Below are positions 1 through 15,324 of a stretch of DNA of 64,000 nucleotides, piece by piece; the stretch's first letter is position 1, and the number at the start of each line of letters is the position of its first letter. A model generated the notes under the pieces. The model saw only the letters and a program-made list of their open reading frames with translations, searched no databases and was not told the origin of the DNA. The stretch comes from the human T2T-CHM13v2.0 reference genome, Homo sapiens: assembly GCF_009914755.1 (NCBI RefSeq), contig NC_060935.1. One strand, given 5' to 3'. The translations under genes and the position numbers were made by a program.

Positions 1-226
1 CACTGCAAGCTCCGCCTCCTGGGTTCACGCCATTCTCCTGCCTCGGCCTCCCGAGTAGCTGGGACTAGAGGTGCCCGCCACCACGCCCGGCTAATTTTTT
101 TGTATTTTTAGTAGAGACGGGGTTTTACCATGTTAGCCAGGATGGCCTCAATCTCCTGGCCTCATGATCCGCCCACCTCGGCCTCCCAAAGTGCTGGGAT
201 TACAGGCATGAGCCACCACGCCCAGT
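1..226 (-). mobile_element. Alu (AluY-like), truncated by window start
   Basis: Reverse-strand Alu with AluY-type 'caagctccgcctcc...ttcacgccattctcc' and many retained CpGs. Confidence 0.9.
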
Positions 227-339
227 CCATCATTGACCTAAACATCACTATGTGGTGAACAATTGTATTTTTCTTTTAATGGCACGGTAGATGAATAGGG
301 AAAGGAAGGACAATTCAAAAAATAGAATTTAAAAATCCC

Positions 340-1750
340 ACATAGATTGAAGGATAAAAACAATACTTTAAAAAACATCAAAAATACGTAGATAAAATGC
401 CTGTCTCTGGTATTCATATAGGAAGAATTTCTTAAACAAGACCCATAAAAGTCCTAGCCATAAGATAAAGGATTGGTAAATTTAACTACATTAAAATTAA
501 GATCTGTTCTTCAAAATACACCTTAAGGAAAGTGAAAGGAAAAGCTGAAAAGTTAGAGCATATATTTGTAACATTTATGACTGATAAAGGATTGGTATAA
601 AAATATGTACTGAAGTCTTTAAAAAAAAAAGTCCCTCTCAAAAATAAATAATAAATAGAAAACAACCTATAGAACCTAGTAGAAAACAACCTAATAGTAA
701 AGCATATGGAGAGATTTTTTTTAACAGGATTCAAATACATATGGCCACTAAACATATGAAGTGATTTCAACCTCATTAGTAATCAGGAAAATGCAAATTA
801 AGCACACAAATAGATACCATTAACTATCCATCCATTTTTTACAGTTGAGGGAAAAACTAAAACATGACAGAGTTTATTCATCAATGGGAACTTTTATATA
901 CTGTTAGAAGGCATGTAAATTGGAACAGCCTCTTTGAAAAACAAGTCTGCATTATCTTGTAAGTATGAATATTCACATATCTTACAACCCAGTTGTCTTA
1001 GTCTGTTCAGACTGACACATTGAAATGAGACACAAAATATCACTGACTGGGTGATTTAAACAACAGAAGTTTATTTTCCCACAGTTCTGGAAGGTGGAAG
1101 TCTGGCAGCAGTTGACAGCATGGTCAGGTTCAGTGAGGGCTCTGTTCCTGCCTTGCACATGGCCACCTTCTCATCGTGTCCTCACATGAGACACACAGAA
1201 AGACTCTTCTTATAAGGCCACAGGCTTATTGGATTAGGGCCCCACTCTTAACAACCTCATTTAACCTTAATTACCTCCTAAAGACCCTATCTCAGATACA
1301 GTCATATTGGGGGTTAGAACTCAACACAGAATTTTGAGGAGACAAAATTCAGCCCATACCACTAACTCCCAGGTGCCCAAGAATACATATATAAAAGGAT
1401 GTTTAAAGCACCAATTTTCATAATATCAACAAATTTAAGCAAGCCACATGTCCACCAACAATAAAATGGAAAATAAATTGTGGTATATTTATACAAAATA
1501 CTATTATACATCAGTGAAAATGAAGAATGAGCTGCAGTTCTATGCAACAACATGAATACACATCAGTAAACTAAGGTTGAAAAGAAAAAAGAAAGTTCAA
1601 AAAATTACTACTTTCAGTATGATACACTTTTTATTGAGCTCAAAAACTAGCAAAATTCAACAATGTATTGTTCAGTCATGCATATATATTTGAAATAAAA
1701 CTATCATTTTTATGCAAATGATGGATACAAAATTCAGGTGAGTAGTTATT
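340..1750 (+). mobile_element. Old L1 (L1M-type) 3' fragment, interrupted by a MaLR LTR
   Basis: A-rich L1 3'-region motifs (aaaattaaga...tcttcaaaa, aaatgcaaattaa, aaatggaaaataaattgtggtatatt); boundaries approximate. Confidence 0.6.
994..1361 (-). mobile_element. MaLR solo LTR (MLT1A-like)
   Basis: Starts tgtcttagtctgttcag, has aacaacagaagtttattttcccacagttctgga, ends ttcagcccataaca (TG...CA termini). Confidence 0.75.
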
Positions 1751-1794
1751 TCTAGGGGTGGGGCAGTAAGGCAGTGAAATATTGATGGATATAA

Positions 1795-1962
1795 CTCAGA
1801 GTGTCTCAAAAGCCAATTGTTAAATTTTTTAGGACTTTCAAGAGCCCCTTGTCAAACCACTGGTAGCCTGAAATCAGCCATGGTGGGAGTATTTACACCA
1901 TGGAAACTGGCAAATACTGAAACCAAGAGGCTGGTTGTTAAACATTTACCAGTATACCACTG
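1795..1962 (-). mobile_element. hAT DNA transposon relic (MER63-like)
   Basis: gaaatcagccatggtgggagtatttacacc core and terminal ggttgttaaacatttaccagtataccactg. Confidence 0.55.
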
Positions 1963-3532
1963 AATGTAAGCTGTTGCTAGTGTTCCAGTTCTTGGTTTGA
2001 GTAGTAAGTTCTGTTCATTATTTTTTAAATGAACAAGGTTCTTAGTTTAGGTAGTAATGTCTGCTCATTATATTATTTAAAAAGAATGAATGAATGTAAA
2101 CAAAGAGGTTCATGACTGGACCCAAAAAGTCAGCATATCACGAACCAAGGTGTATGATTGTTACAACTGTGTGCACCTACAGTAGGAAAAAAACAAAAAA
2201 AGCATTAAGTTCCCTCCATCTGGGCATATCAAGTGTCAAAAGAATCTCTACTAATAAATGAGGTCAATATATACCTGGAAGGTACTATCCCACTCTCTGA
2301 GAGCAACACACAGGCTTCCAGGAATGAGAGGATGGGCCCATCCAGTCCCATGGAGGTGAGTCTCCTTAGTTCCCTCACCAAGCAAGCCTCTCAATGATCA
2401 GGCTCTAGGCCAGAAAAACTAGATGGTATAACCCATGCGACAGTCACAGAAGGAGCTGGGGCCACACTATCAGCACCCACAATGTGGTCATGGTTCTTGA
2501 GCCAAACTGGGTCCAGCCTCTAAAGTAGCTCAGGCAAGAGGGGAAGCTAACACCAGTAACTCACGTTGTTTTCCACCCCACCTTGCCATAACGTCAAGGA
2601 GGCTGGCCAGGCCCTCTGCTGTTAGAATCGAAGGAACCTGAAGGGGAAACAGTTAGGGATAGACTAAAGTTAGCAAGCCAGAGAAAGAAGCAGCAGTGAC
2701 TAGCAAAACAAGGGGAAGGGAGGAAAGGCTAGAAGTGGGTGTAGAAACGAACATGTGGAGGTCAGAAATCAGAGAGCTGAGAGAAGGGAATCTCATGCCA
2801 AGTCAGCCAGAATGAGAGTGGTCTCGGGGACCCTGGCTCTTGGCAGCCCTGGAGACGGACAGATGCTACATGTGACAGGTAGCCTGGTCAGGTTGGCTCC
2901 CTCAAAAGGGGCATCGGACAGGGTGGCCAACTAGTTGGTGGGGCCAGGTTCCCTTGATAACATATACCACGCAGAAAGCAGGTCTGAAGCTTGAGGTCTG
3001 TGACACTGTTGCTTTCAAGTTGTGTGGCAGCCGTTCCTTACCACCCTGGTCCGAAAGAGCCTCCAGGCAGAGGGGCCTTAATTGTGCTAAATTCCACGTA
3101 GAAAAGGAGTGAGACTCATAAAGCCTAAGTAAGGTGCTCAGCTTCCTGAAAACAGCTGACATTGCCAGAGAAAAACTGTGGGAGGCAGCCCACAAGCCTG
3201 CCCATGCCAGGCCATCTGCAGAAGGATGGGGCGGCAGCATCAGAGGGTGGGCGGCAGCATCACAGTGCATGCGGCAGCTCTGCCCCATGAGGGAAGCCTT
3301 AGTAAGTTCCAAGTCACACTTGCTGCAGAGTTATGGTAGTGTGGGCTCCCCTTGGTGGTCCCCCCACAGTTTAAGCTGTAGCTGAGCTACCCTCATGCCA
3401 GCTGATCACCGAGGAGGTGGGATGGATACATCAAACTGCAGGTCTCAACTTTAATATGACCCTGGCATATGTGGCCCTGGTCTTTTCAGGCAGGACTGTC
3501 AAGCATGTTGCCAGGACAGCCAGGAACCCACA

Positions 3533-4008
3533 TGTGAAGGTTAATCCTATGGGTCAACTTGACTGGGCCACAGGGTGCCCAGACATTTGGTCAAACATTA
3601 TTCTGGGATTGTGAGGGTATTTGGAGATGAGATTAACATTTGAATGAGTAAACTGGGTAAAGTGATTGCCTTCCCTAAGAGTGGCCTCATCCAATCAGTT
3701 GAGAACCTGAATAGAACAAAAAGGCTGACCCTCCTGTGAATAACAGGGACCTCTTCTTGCCTAACTGCTTCGAACTGGGACATAGGCCTTTTCCAGCCTT
3801 TTGACTTGAATGGAAACATCAGCTCTTCTTGGGGTCTCAAGCCTGTCAGCTTTCAGTCTGGAACTTACACCACTGGCTCTCCTGGGTCTCCAGATTGTTC
3901 ACTGCAGATCTTGAGACTTCTTCCATAATTACAAAAGCCAATTCCTTATAATAAATCTCTTTCTATATATATCCTGTTGGTTCTGTTTTTCTGTAGAACC
4001 CTAATACA
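3533..4008 (+). mobile_element. ERVL solo LTR (MLT2 family)
   Basis: tgtgaaggttaat...gtcaacttgactgggccacagggtgcccagacatttggtcaaacattattctgg start, AATAAA near 3950, ends gaaccctaataca. Confidence 0.8.
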
Positions 4009-5394
4009 CTCGTACAATACATTGCCCATCTACATGGGTACAGTCTATTTTCTCTCTTCCCATACCTCTGCCCTTTCCCTGATGAACCCAGGCCCCAGAT
4101 ATCTCTCAGACAGCCACTGAAAAGCCAGCATTTGGGATATACACACTCTCATCCTGGCCAGTCAGCCTCCCAGAAAGACCACACCAACCATCTGTACTCT
4201 CCTGCTCCTGGGCTATGTTGCTAGAGAAAAACCACAAGAGTTGGCCAGATTCTCGAGCTCTCCAGGCTCAGGGGGTGCTCCCATAATTGATCAATGCCTT
4301 CAATAGCTCACTCTCAGACCCTCCTCCAAACACTGTCCATCCCCCCGAGGCTTATCCCTGCCCTTGCATTGCCATTCACAGCATATCACCTTGCCTCAAC
4401 TTACCTGAGAAAAATGTCATTTGCAGGAGGTCCTGCAACTTCCCTCTCTCCCCAATTCATCTCTGCTTCTTCATCCATCCCCTTCTCTTTCCTCCCAGAG
4501 AGAAATGTCTTTAAGACATCAATATAAAGGCAAAGTTATTGAAGGCAAAGTGTCCACACCAACCCAGATTAACACATAGATAGGAGGTCTCAAAGGTGTG
4601 CATGGTCAGTTGGGGGCAGCAACACTTCTTCAACTGGGTTCTGTCCTCTGGCCTTTTTCCCATGAGATGATCTCAATGGACTGACCTTGACTCAGGCAGA
4701 CCCCTACTAAGCACCCAAAAGGGAGGCCAGGGCCCTGGGCAGTCTCTCCAGCATGCCTCTCAGCCTGTGCAAGACCATCTAGGCTTCTCAGTGTGGGTCC
4801 ACCTTTTGCCCGTTTCATTAGATATTTTTTCACACTTGTATATTTAATATTTCTCTCTCGTCTATATTCTTATCCTCAGTTTAAAATATACTTGAAACAC
4901 TGCCATCCTAAATTGGCTGCCTCTCAATCCTGCTGTTTCCCTGGCTATTTCCTTAAATGTCTCCTTTCCTTCCCAGAAAACTTCCTGAAAGAAAAGCTGG
5001 CACTTGCTGCTTTCAGTTCAGACTGGCCATTCTCTCACACCAGATTTCTAGTTTCTGTGCCCACCCCACCCTCAGTCCCACTGACGTTGCTCTACTAGGG
5101 TTGCTAAAGACTCCAGGTCATCAAATCCAAGAGTTACTTTTCGATCTTCTTCTGTTTGGCTGTTCACCTTTGTTTTGGTGAAAGAAAGAATGCATGTCTA
5201 CACAGAGCATTTACAGGGGAGCAGCGTCATGTGAATTCTAATAATGGAAGATTTCTCCAAGGAGAAATCAACTCTTGGGCACAGAATCAGGGATAAGAAG
5301 TTCAACCTCACCTATCCACTTGCCAGCTGGACACTAGGACTTGACCTAATTAAGGGAGTTGACAGTTTTTTTGGTGTTTTGTTTTGTCTTTACA

Positions 5395-6045
5395 AGCAGA
5401 TGTTATCACCCCATTATACCAAGAAGGAAATTGAGGCTCAGAAAAAACTTGTAGATTGCCCCAAGTTACACAGTGGGTTATGGTCAGAGCTCCCTCCATC
5501 ACATAGTGATAATAGCTATGACTTAATAACTACTGTATATCAGGCATGTGCTAAGAGCTTTACAAGGCAATACCTCATATAATCCTCTCCTAAAGTACAG
5601 ACTAGTTTATACACCTTATTACAACTCCACTTGAATGTGTAATGGACATCTCAAAGGTGACACATTCAGAAATGAAATCAGGATCTTTTCCCCAAAACCT
5701 GCTCTACCTACAGCTTTTGCTATCTCAATTGATGGTGACTTCATCCTACTAATCGCTCAGTACAAAAAAAAAAAAAAAAATTGCAGTCCTCCTTGACTCC
5801 TCTCTTTCACACCTCATATACAATTTCTCAGGAAACCCTATTGAAACTACCTTCAAAATATATCCATAATCTTCCCACTTCTCAGAACTTCTACTGCTAC
5901 CAGCCTGGTCCCAGCCACCATCATCTCTCACTTAGATTACCTAGTGGCCTCCCAGCAGGTCTCCCTGCTTTTCCCTCTCTCGCCTCCCTCTCCTCACCTC
6001 CCCTCACCCTCCAGTCTCTTCTCAAAGCAGCAGGAGAAATCCAGC
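5395..6045. mobile_element. MIR and L2 fragments
   Basis: MIR core (gaaggaaattgaggctcag...cccaagttacacag) followed by L2-like text (ctccacttgaatgt...gtcctccttgactcctctctttc...ctggtcccagccaccatcatctctcac). Confidence 0.55.
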
Positions 6046-6065
6046 TAAGTTCTCCTTCTCGCCCA

Positions 6066-6154
6066 TTGCAGCCTCGAGCTTCTGGGCTCAAACGATCCTT
6101 CCGCCTCGGTCTCCCGAAGTGCTGAGATTACAGGCGTGAGCCACCGCGCCTGGC
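6066..6154 (-). mobile_element. Alu monomer fragment (FLAM-like)
   Basis: gggctcaaacgatccttccgcctcgg...gattacaggcgtgagccaccgcgcctggcc; CpGs preserved next to the island. Confidence 0.75.
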
Positions 6155-6199
6155 CTTAAAATCCTTTTTAAAGGCACTTTGACATCCATTATCTCATTT

Positions 6200-6960
<761 letters not shown>

Positions 6961-7154
6961 TAATTCTTTAATTCCTGGTGTCCTACCGTCCTTTCCTCCC
7001 ATCCCCAATGACCTCTTAATCTATATCTGCATCCTACCTTTTGCTATGACTTATCTTCTCAAGCACTTGCATCTCTTCTCTCTCTCCTGCCGGATTGCTG
7101 TCACTTTAAGCGACATAAAATACACAAGGAGTAGTTGTGTCATTTACTGAATAT

Positions 7155-7192
7155 TTTATGCCAGTGGTTTACATTTATGCCAGTGGTTTACA
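7155..7192. repeat. Perfect 19-bp tandem duplication
   Basis: tttatgccagtggtttaca x2. Confidence 0.9.
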
Positions 7193-8869
7193 TTTTACAT
7201 AAACAGCAGTTTATGGCAAGTATGATGGGCTGCATCTACCAAAAATGAGTTCACACGCCGAGTGGGAAGTCAGGAACCCTTGACTCCCTATACCAGTGAC
7301 CACATATTTCTCCCTTATCCACTGACTAAATGTCATTGTTTTCCAGGTATTGACAAAGTTTTCTAACCAGTTGTCAAAGGAGTGGGGACGTTTGTAAAAA
7401 AACATTCCTCCCAACAAGTAAACCGGTTTGGTTGGAACCCACTTGGGATTTTATAGTGTTCTGCTGTCCTAAACGTCTGAGCCTGATCTGTGTCCCTCAG
7501 TGTCCCCTAATATTAGTACCTAATGTGAGAAACCCTGTTCCCCCATTTTGCATTTGGACGCAAACAGTTGTATTATCTGTTTATATTTCTGCCCTTAACC
7601 TTCAGGTCGAAAAATGACCCATTCTCTGCCTGTGTTCCAAATTTGGGGAATAGATATTTTATGTTAAAGTAGTTTGTAAAATGGAAAAGCACTAAAGAGG
7701 GATTGTTGATAATAAATTCCTTTCTGGAGACTATGCTGGTCCCATGAAATTCGTTCCCATTCCATCTTAGTGCCAGATTTTAAATAGCTTTGTGAATCCA
7801 CTTTATTTACAAGCATTCTTTCTCTTTCATACTCTTGAACATCTACTAGTTCTTACACCATAGAAGACAGTTGGTATATTGCAAAGCAGACAAGATTTGT
7901 AAGCAGACCTCACAAAACATTTGCCATGTGACGTGGGGCAGATTACCTAAAATCTGTTCTGTCAGGAGCTACTTTAGACTTAGTCTTTGTGAGAGCTAAA
8001 TTAAAAACTTCTGACTATGCTGGCACACATTAGGTACAGCTGTTAGTTGCCATTCACATCAGGCCTGGACCACCCCAATGCATACAGACACACATTTTCT
8101 CTCCTTTATCTATCTTTGACGGTATAGCATTTTACAGAAACTTAAATTCATATCTTCTGAACATTGCTTGTCTTTTCTCAGACCAAGCTTTTGCGTTCTC
8201 TTTGCCACAAGTGCTTTTCCTGCTGTCCTTCATTTGTTTAAGCTCTACCTACCTTCCACGTTCCCAGCAACAGCATTAAGTGCCGGTCCTCCATCCCATA
8301 CCCGGACCCTCACTCCATTCTTAACCTTCCACAGCATGATGGTGTTCTGTAACTGTGCCCTGCTCTGAGCTTCTGTAATAAATTATTTTTGCATCACTGA
8401 CTTGACACTCAGCAAATACTTACTCTTTTGGCTGCACTTTCTAATTTTCCAAGCTCGCTAAAGCTATTTAAAGAAACTAATTCATTACCCATGATTTATG
8501 CTTTAGCGCCCCAAATATTCCAGTGATCCAGTCAGACCAGGTATAATCTAATCTACATCCTCAGATCCTCTTCCAGACTGGAATCATGGTACAGTGCTAT
8601 AGGTGTTATAGAGGCAATACTTACAGAAGAATAAAGAATAGATTCTGCTTGCTATGAACTTATTTCCTTAGATATACACAAAACATTTCATTTGTCTAAA
8701 TGAAGTCATTGGTGCTTTTTTTGTACCATAAAACTGTTAAGGTATTTAGAATTCAAAGTGTAATAAAGTGAGCTCTCCTGTAACCTTAAACTCAAGATAG
8801 AAGTGTACTCTTAAATGCAAATAATTAGAATGTAATATGATAAATGTTCCAATAGAAGGGTGTCATGGT

Positions 8870-9470
8870 GGCATGGAAATGCAGAAGACTTAACTATTTC
8901 AGAAGGTTGGGGAAAAGTTCACAAAAAAGATGACGTTTGAGCTGGGCATTAAAGCAACTACAAGAAGTATAAAAAAGCCTGGTAAATCCACTGTCTGAAA
9001 CATTCAGTATTACAGGAATGTAGGTGACAGGAGGTAGAGCAGGAAATGAAGCTAGCAGAGGGCAGAGCCCTAAGAAGTATTAAATAATTACAAATGTAAA
9101 GTGCTGTGAAGGGAATTACCTGGATCCCTGAGAAGACAAAATGAAAGTCTAACCTCATTTGAAGCTCTTTGGGGAAGCTCCTGAGCATTTCAGCTAACAC
9201 TGAATAGGAATTAAAAATCACTCTGGAATGAGTGAGTTGAGAGATAGGAAATAAAGTTGACAGGACATGGTGTGATCAGAAGTGAGGGATTAGAAGAAAA
9301 TATCAGGGATGACTTCTACATCTTTGGTTAAGTGTGAAAGAAGAAAGGGAAGGTAGGGGTTGACTAAAGGTCTGGAGTGCAAAAGAGATGTGGGCAAGTA
9401 TGTCAGGTTAGGAATTATGTCATTGGAATATAGAAGGTAATTGAACCCATAAAATTGGATGAGATCACCT
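8870..9470. mobile_element. L2 fragments
   Basis: Purine-rich L2-like text (gaaaagttcacaaaaaagatgacgtttgagctggg; gtaattgaacccataaaattggatgagatcaccta). Confidence 0.5.
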
Positions 9471-9474
9471 AAAG

Positions 9475-9640
9475 CAGGGGTTGGCAAACTTTCTATAAAG
9501 GTCCAGACGGTAAATATTTTAGGCTTTGTGTGCAGTCTCTATCACAACTACTTAATTCTGCCTTTGTAGCAAGAAAGCAGCCATAAAAAAATTGGCGTGT
9601 AAACTTTATTCACAAAAAACATTTCTAGATCAGGGCCTGG
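9475..9640 (+). mobile_element. hAT-Charlie MITE (MER58-like)
   Basis: caggggttggcaaactttctataaaggtccagacggtaaatattttaggcttt start. Confidence 0.7.
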
Positions 9641-10001
9641 CCTAGAAAAGGAACATTGAATAAAAAGACAAGAGAACAGAGACAAAACCCTAAAAACCTA
9701 AAAAGTCAGGAAGAAGTAGCCAACAAGATTAGAAAGGTAGGAAGAAAACTAGAAGGAAAGTTTTAAGATGGGAAGTAAGTGGTCAAGTCTGTTCAACGCT
9801 GATGAGAGGTCAAATAAGATAAAGGATATATGTGCATTTGGTTTAGGGACATAGTTTCAGTGAAGGGAGCAGAAACCATAGTGAGTTGGAATTAGATAAA
9901 CACTGGTAGATATAGACAACACTGTGGTTTCTGGTGGAGAGGGAAACTTTTAAATCCTGGGGTAGGAGGTTCCAATAGATTAGAAGAGAATGGAAAACTC
10001 A

Positions 10002-10392
<391 letters not shown>

Positions 10393-10869
10393 AAATATGG
10401 AAGTAAAGGTATCAGAACTAGAACAAAAGTTTGTGGTAAAAGACTGACTTCTAAGGTTCGCAGATAGATTTCTGGATGATGATAAGGTTAAGACTGACCA
10501 TCGGACCAGATGGCTAAAGGGAGGTACAGATGAAGCTCCTGACGTCTCAGTGTCTGAAACTTGGCCACTATATTAGCAGTCTATGTAACCATTAAAATAT
10601 TCCAGGTAGCTCTGCAGATTAAATTACAGGGAGAAAGTGTAGAGGCTGAAAAAAAAGGCCGTAGAGTGAAGGTCTGGAATAGGCTAGTAGTGGAGAGTAA
10701 CAGGCAAAAGGAGACCTTGTAAAGGAAGAATAAACCCTATTTGGTGATGATTAGAGGGAGAAGTTGGCGATCACACCACAGTTTCAGTTCCCTGGAGAAT
10801 TCTGGTCCCATCGATGCACCGGACTAAACTTGGAGCTAATGAGTTCAGTTAGGTGTTCATTGACATTGA

Positions 10870-11109
<240 letters not shown>

Positions 11110-11260
11110 TAACTAGAGCTCCTGTAGCCAAGGAGCTTCTTCCCATTTGTACGTACTTCCTGGGCCTCTTCTGTTTATTGGGGGTGGCCTCTTGTCCTTT
11201 TTAACCAATTTTTCTTTGGACTTCTGGCTTCTTAGCTTGCTTTCCTGCCTTCCCTCTTAG

Positions 11261-11340
11261 GTGGCTGTTGACATGGAATTTGCTAAGAATATGTATGAAC
11301 TGCATAAAAAAGTTTCTCCAAATGAGCTCATCCTGGGCTG
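11261..11340 (+). CDS. EIF3F: EIF3F coding exon 3
   Basis: ctcttag|VAVDMEFAKNMYELHKKVSPNELILG(W)|gtaagt. Confidence 0.98.
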
Positions 11341-11464
11341 GTAAGTTGGGGAGGTGGGGGCTGGGGTTAATGGAAGGTCTCTTCGTGATTGCCGGTGTCT
11401 TTTGCTACTGGACTGGATCTTATACTCTTCCTTTTGGAGGCAAGAGTATTGCAAGTGTATTACT

Positions 11465-11765
11465 GACTGTGAGCAGTGGCTCAATGCCTGTAATCCCAGC
11501 TGGGAGGCTGAGGCAGGAGGATCACTTGAGCCCAGTAGTTCAAGATCAGCCTGAACAAAATAGTGAGACCCTGTCTCTACAAAAACATTTTTTAAAAACT
11601 TAGCCAGGCATGATGACACACACCTATAGTCCTAGCTATTCAGGAGGCTGAGGCTAGAGGATCACTTGAGGCCAGGAATTTGAAGTTGCAGTGAGCTATG
11701 ATCATGCCTTGCCACTGCATTCCAGCCTGAGTGACAGAGTGCGACCCTGTCTCTAAAAAACAAAA
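11465..11765 (+). mobile_element. AluJ
   Basis: Diverged dimer with AluJ-type ggaggatcacttgagccc; TSD-like aagtgtattac/aagtgtgttac. Confidence 0.88.
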
Positions 11766-12031
11766 GGAAAGTGTGTTACCTGTAGGAACTGTGAATTCAG
11801 TGGGTTTTGCTGGTGGTTCTGATCCTGTGGGGCCAGGATATTTCGAATTACCTTGTAAGTGACTTGGAATTTTTCATCAGCACTAAGTCAGCCTTTGATT
11901 TTATTTGACATAGTTTTCGGTGTGTGTATTGCTCTTGGCAGTTGGTGTCACTAGGTGTCCTACCGTAGAAGTGTCCGGTACCCTGAAGACACCCATGCCA
12001 CTGTTGTGTTTGATATTGACGCCACATATAG

Positions 12032-12202
<171 letters not shown>

Positions 12203-13002
12203 TGACCACAGTCTTGGGCTACAAGGGCATAAAACCATGCCCAGATGCCATCCCTCCCCCACCCCAAGCAAGGTTAATTCCTTCCATGTGTAACTTGCTG
12301 TGTCCTTAGGAAGCCTGTTCCTCTTTCTCAACAGTTATTCTAAAGGTTTCACTCTGAAACAAAATCTGTTCCTGTAATTTCTACCGCTGATCCTAGTTGT
12401 ACTCCAGTTTCTACTCATTGCCCTTTTAAGTATTTGAGCAAGCTGTCAAGTCATCTTTTGTAGGACCTAACTATTCCATAGTTCCTACAGCCAATCATCA
12501 CATGGTATTCTTGTCATGATCCTTCACCACATTCATTACTTTTCTGAATTACCCATTAGTTTGTCATTATCTCTAGAACTCAGCACAGCGCTCAGGGTAA
12601 TACAGATTATAAGGATGACTGTCCTTATTTTGAACACATTTATTAACCCAGGATTGAGTGCAGTTTTAATGACAATGACATTACAGTGAACACGTTGAGC
12701 TTGCAGGTGGTTAAAATGCCAGTTATGGGGGATGTTGGGAAAGGCCCTGGTGGCATGCTGAGGAAGCAGCTGTGGTAGTTGGAAAGACCATGGTCAAAGG
12801 GAAGGCAGCTGTTAGTGCATCTGTCAGGCTGTTGATTTTGTGCTGGTTCTGTGTCTGACACTGACATAGCCAGTTAACTCTTACACAGTACACAGTAAGA
12901 CAAAGATGGTGGATGCCAAGTCTTTATGAGCCAGTTGGCATACCACTAAGCACTAGCCATTGCCTGACTTCTTAACCTTCCCAGGTATTTCAGACTCCTC
13001 AA

Positions 13003-13150
13003 GATCCAGTATATATATATATATGGATCCAGTATATACAATATATATATAAGATCCAACTGTATATATGTATATATATGTAGATAGAGAAAGATATATA
13101 TAGTTGACATAGTAAAGTATAGATCCAGGTATATAATTGACATAGTAAAA
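13003..13150. repeat. Degenerate (TA)n-rich compound repeat in EIF3F intron 4
   Basis: TA runs separated by recurring GATCCA and two ttgacatagtaaa units. Confidence 0.75.
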
Positions 13151-13432
13151 AGAATACCTTTAGTGAGATGACTTATAGCACCCAATGTAATTTGGTGGGC
13201 AGGAGTTGGTTTCCTTTTTCAATGCTGATGAAGGGCGTAGTCCCCGAAAAGATTTGTCTCTGTCTCCTTTCCATGGTAGGTAGCTGTCTAGACAGCCAGC
13301 TCTACGGGGTAATTGAGTCCTGTCCTCTCGTCACTGACACTGCACCGTGTGTGAAGTAATCCTCTAAAGGGACCAGGCCAAATGCAAAGGCCCCCCTTAC
13401 AGATCAAGGGTTTGGTATGTGGGAAAAGCTAA

Positions 13433-13699
<267 letters not shown>

Positions 13700-14097
13700 T
13701 AACCTTTCCATACACTCGCGAGAGGCCATAGGCATTTTCAGGGAAGGGGGCTGCTAGTCTGCAACATGGACGGAGGCCTTGGGTGGTTTGAAAAGGGACT
13801 ATTGATCTAAGGTTTGTGAAGACTAGAAGTCACAGTCATCTCTTGTATAAATGGGATTTAAGGAGTTATTTGAGAAACTGTTAAAGGTGGGAAATGATCA
13901 GCACCAGAGGCCACATACCATTCACATGAGATCAAAACCGGTGATGAGCATACCAGGTAAAAGGAGTTGAGCTCTATTAGGAGGAAGAAAAGCTGATAAG
14001 GGCACAGCAGGAAGTGTGACTGAGCAGACTGAGTCTAAGGGGAGTTGGGAAACAGAGTTAGTAGGACGTTAAGACCATCTCTTTCCTGGTGGGATGA

Positions 14098-14352
<255 letters not shown>

Positions 14353-14394
14353 TGAGGCATGTGCTGATGAAATGGTAGGGCTCAGTGGTTATAA

Positions 14395-14625
<231 letters not shown>

Positions 14626-14938
14626 TGAGGTGACCTGGAGTAGGATAGAGACAGGGCTTCACCTATAGCCCCACTGAAGTCCAGGTTGGGAGGAAGGAAG
14701 AGGTGTGTTATGCGTGGTTGGAGACTTCCTTCCTTCTCCCATGATTCCATTGTCTCATTTACTGCTGATACTACTGTGACTTACTGTCTAAATTCGTGAT
14801 GGAAAGAAACACTAAAATTCAGAGGTTAATGAAAATGCAATTACTTATTTCCCCCATCTGAGTTCACAGACCCCCTATATTCCATCCATGGGTTTCAGCT
14901 AAGGCACCCCTAGTCTATAAGTGTATCAGTAGAGATAA

Positions 14939-15199
<261 letters not shown>

Positions 15200-15318
15200 A
15201 TGGACCCCAAGCAGTACACTTGCTGGTCTAGGTATTAACCCCAGGACTCAGAAGTGAAGGAGAAATGGGTTTTTTGTGGTCTTGAGTCACACTGAGATAG
15301 TCAGTTGTGTGTGACTCT

Positions 15319-15324
15319 AATAAA
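15319..15324 (+). terminator. EIF3F: EIF3F polyadenylation signal
   Basis: AATAAA 120 nt after the stop, followed by U/GU-rich downstream sequence. Confidence 0.85.

Noticed and set aside
13003-13150. CRISPR-like repeat-spacer pattern (GATCCA units)
   Set aside because: Eukaryotic TA-rich slippage repeat with 6-bp units and low-complexity spacers; no cas genes.
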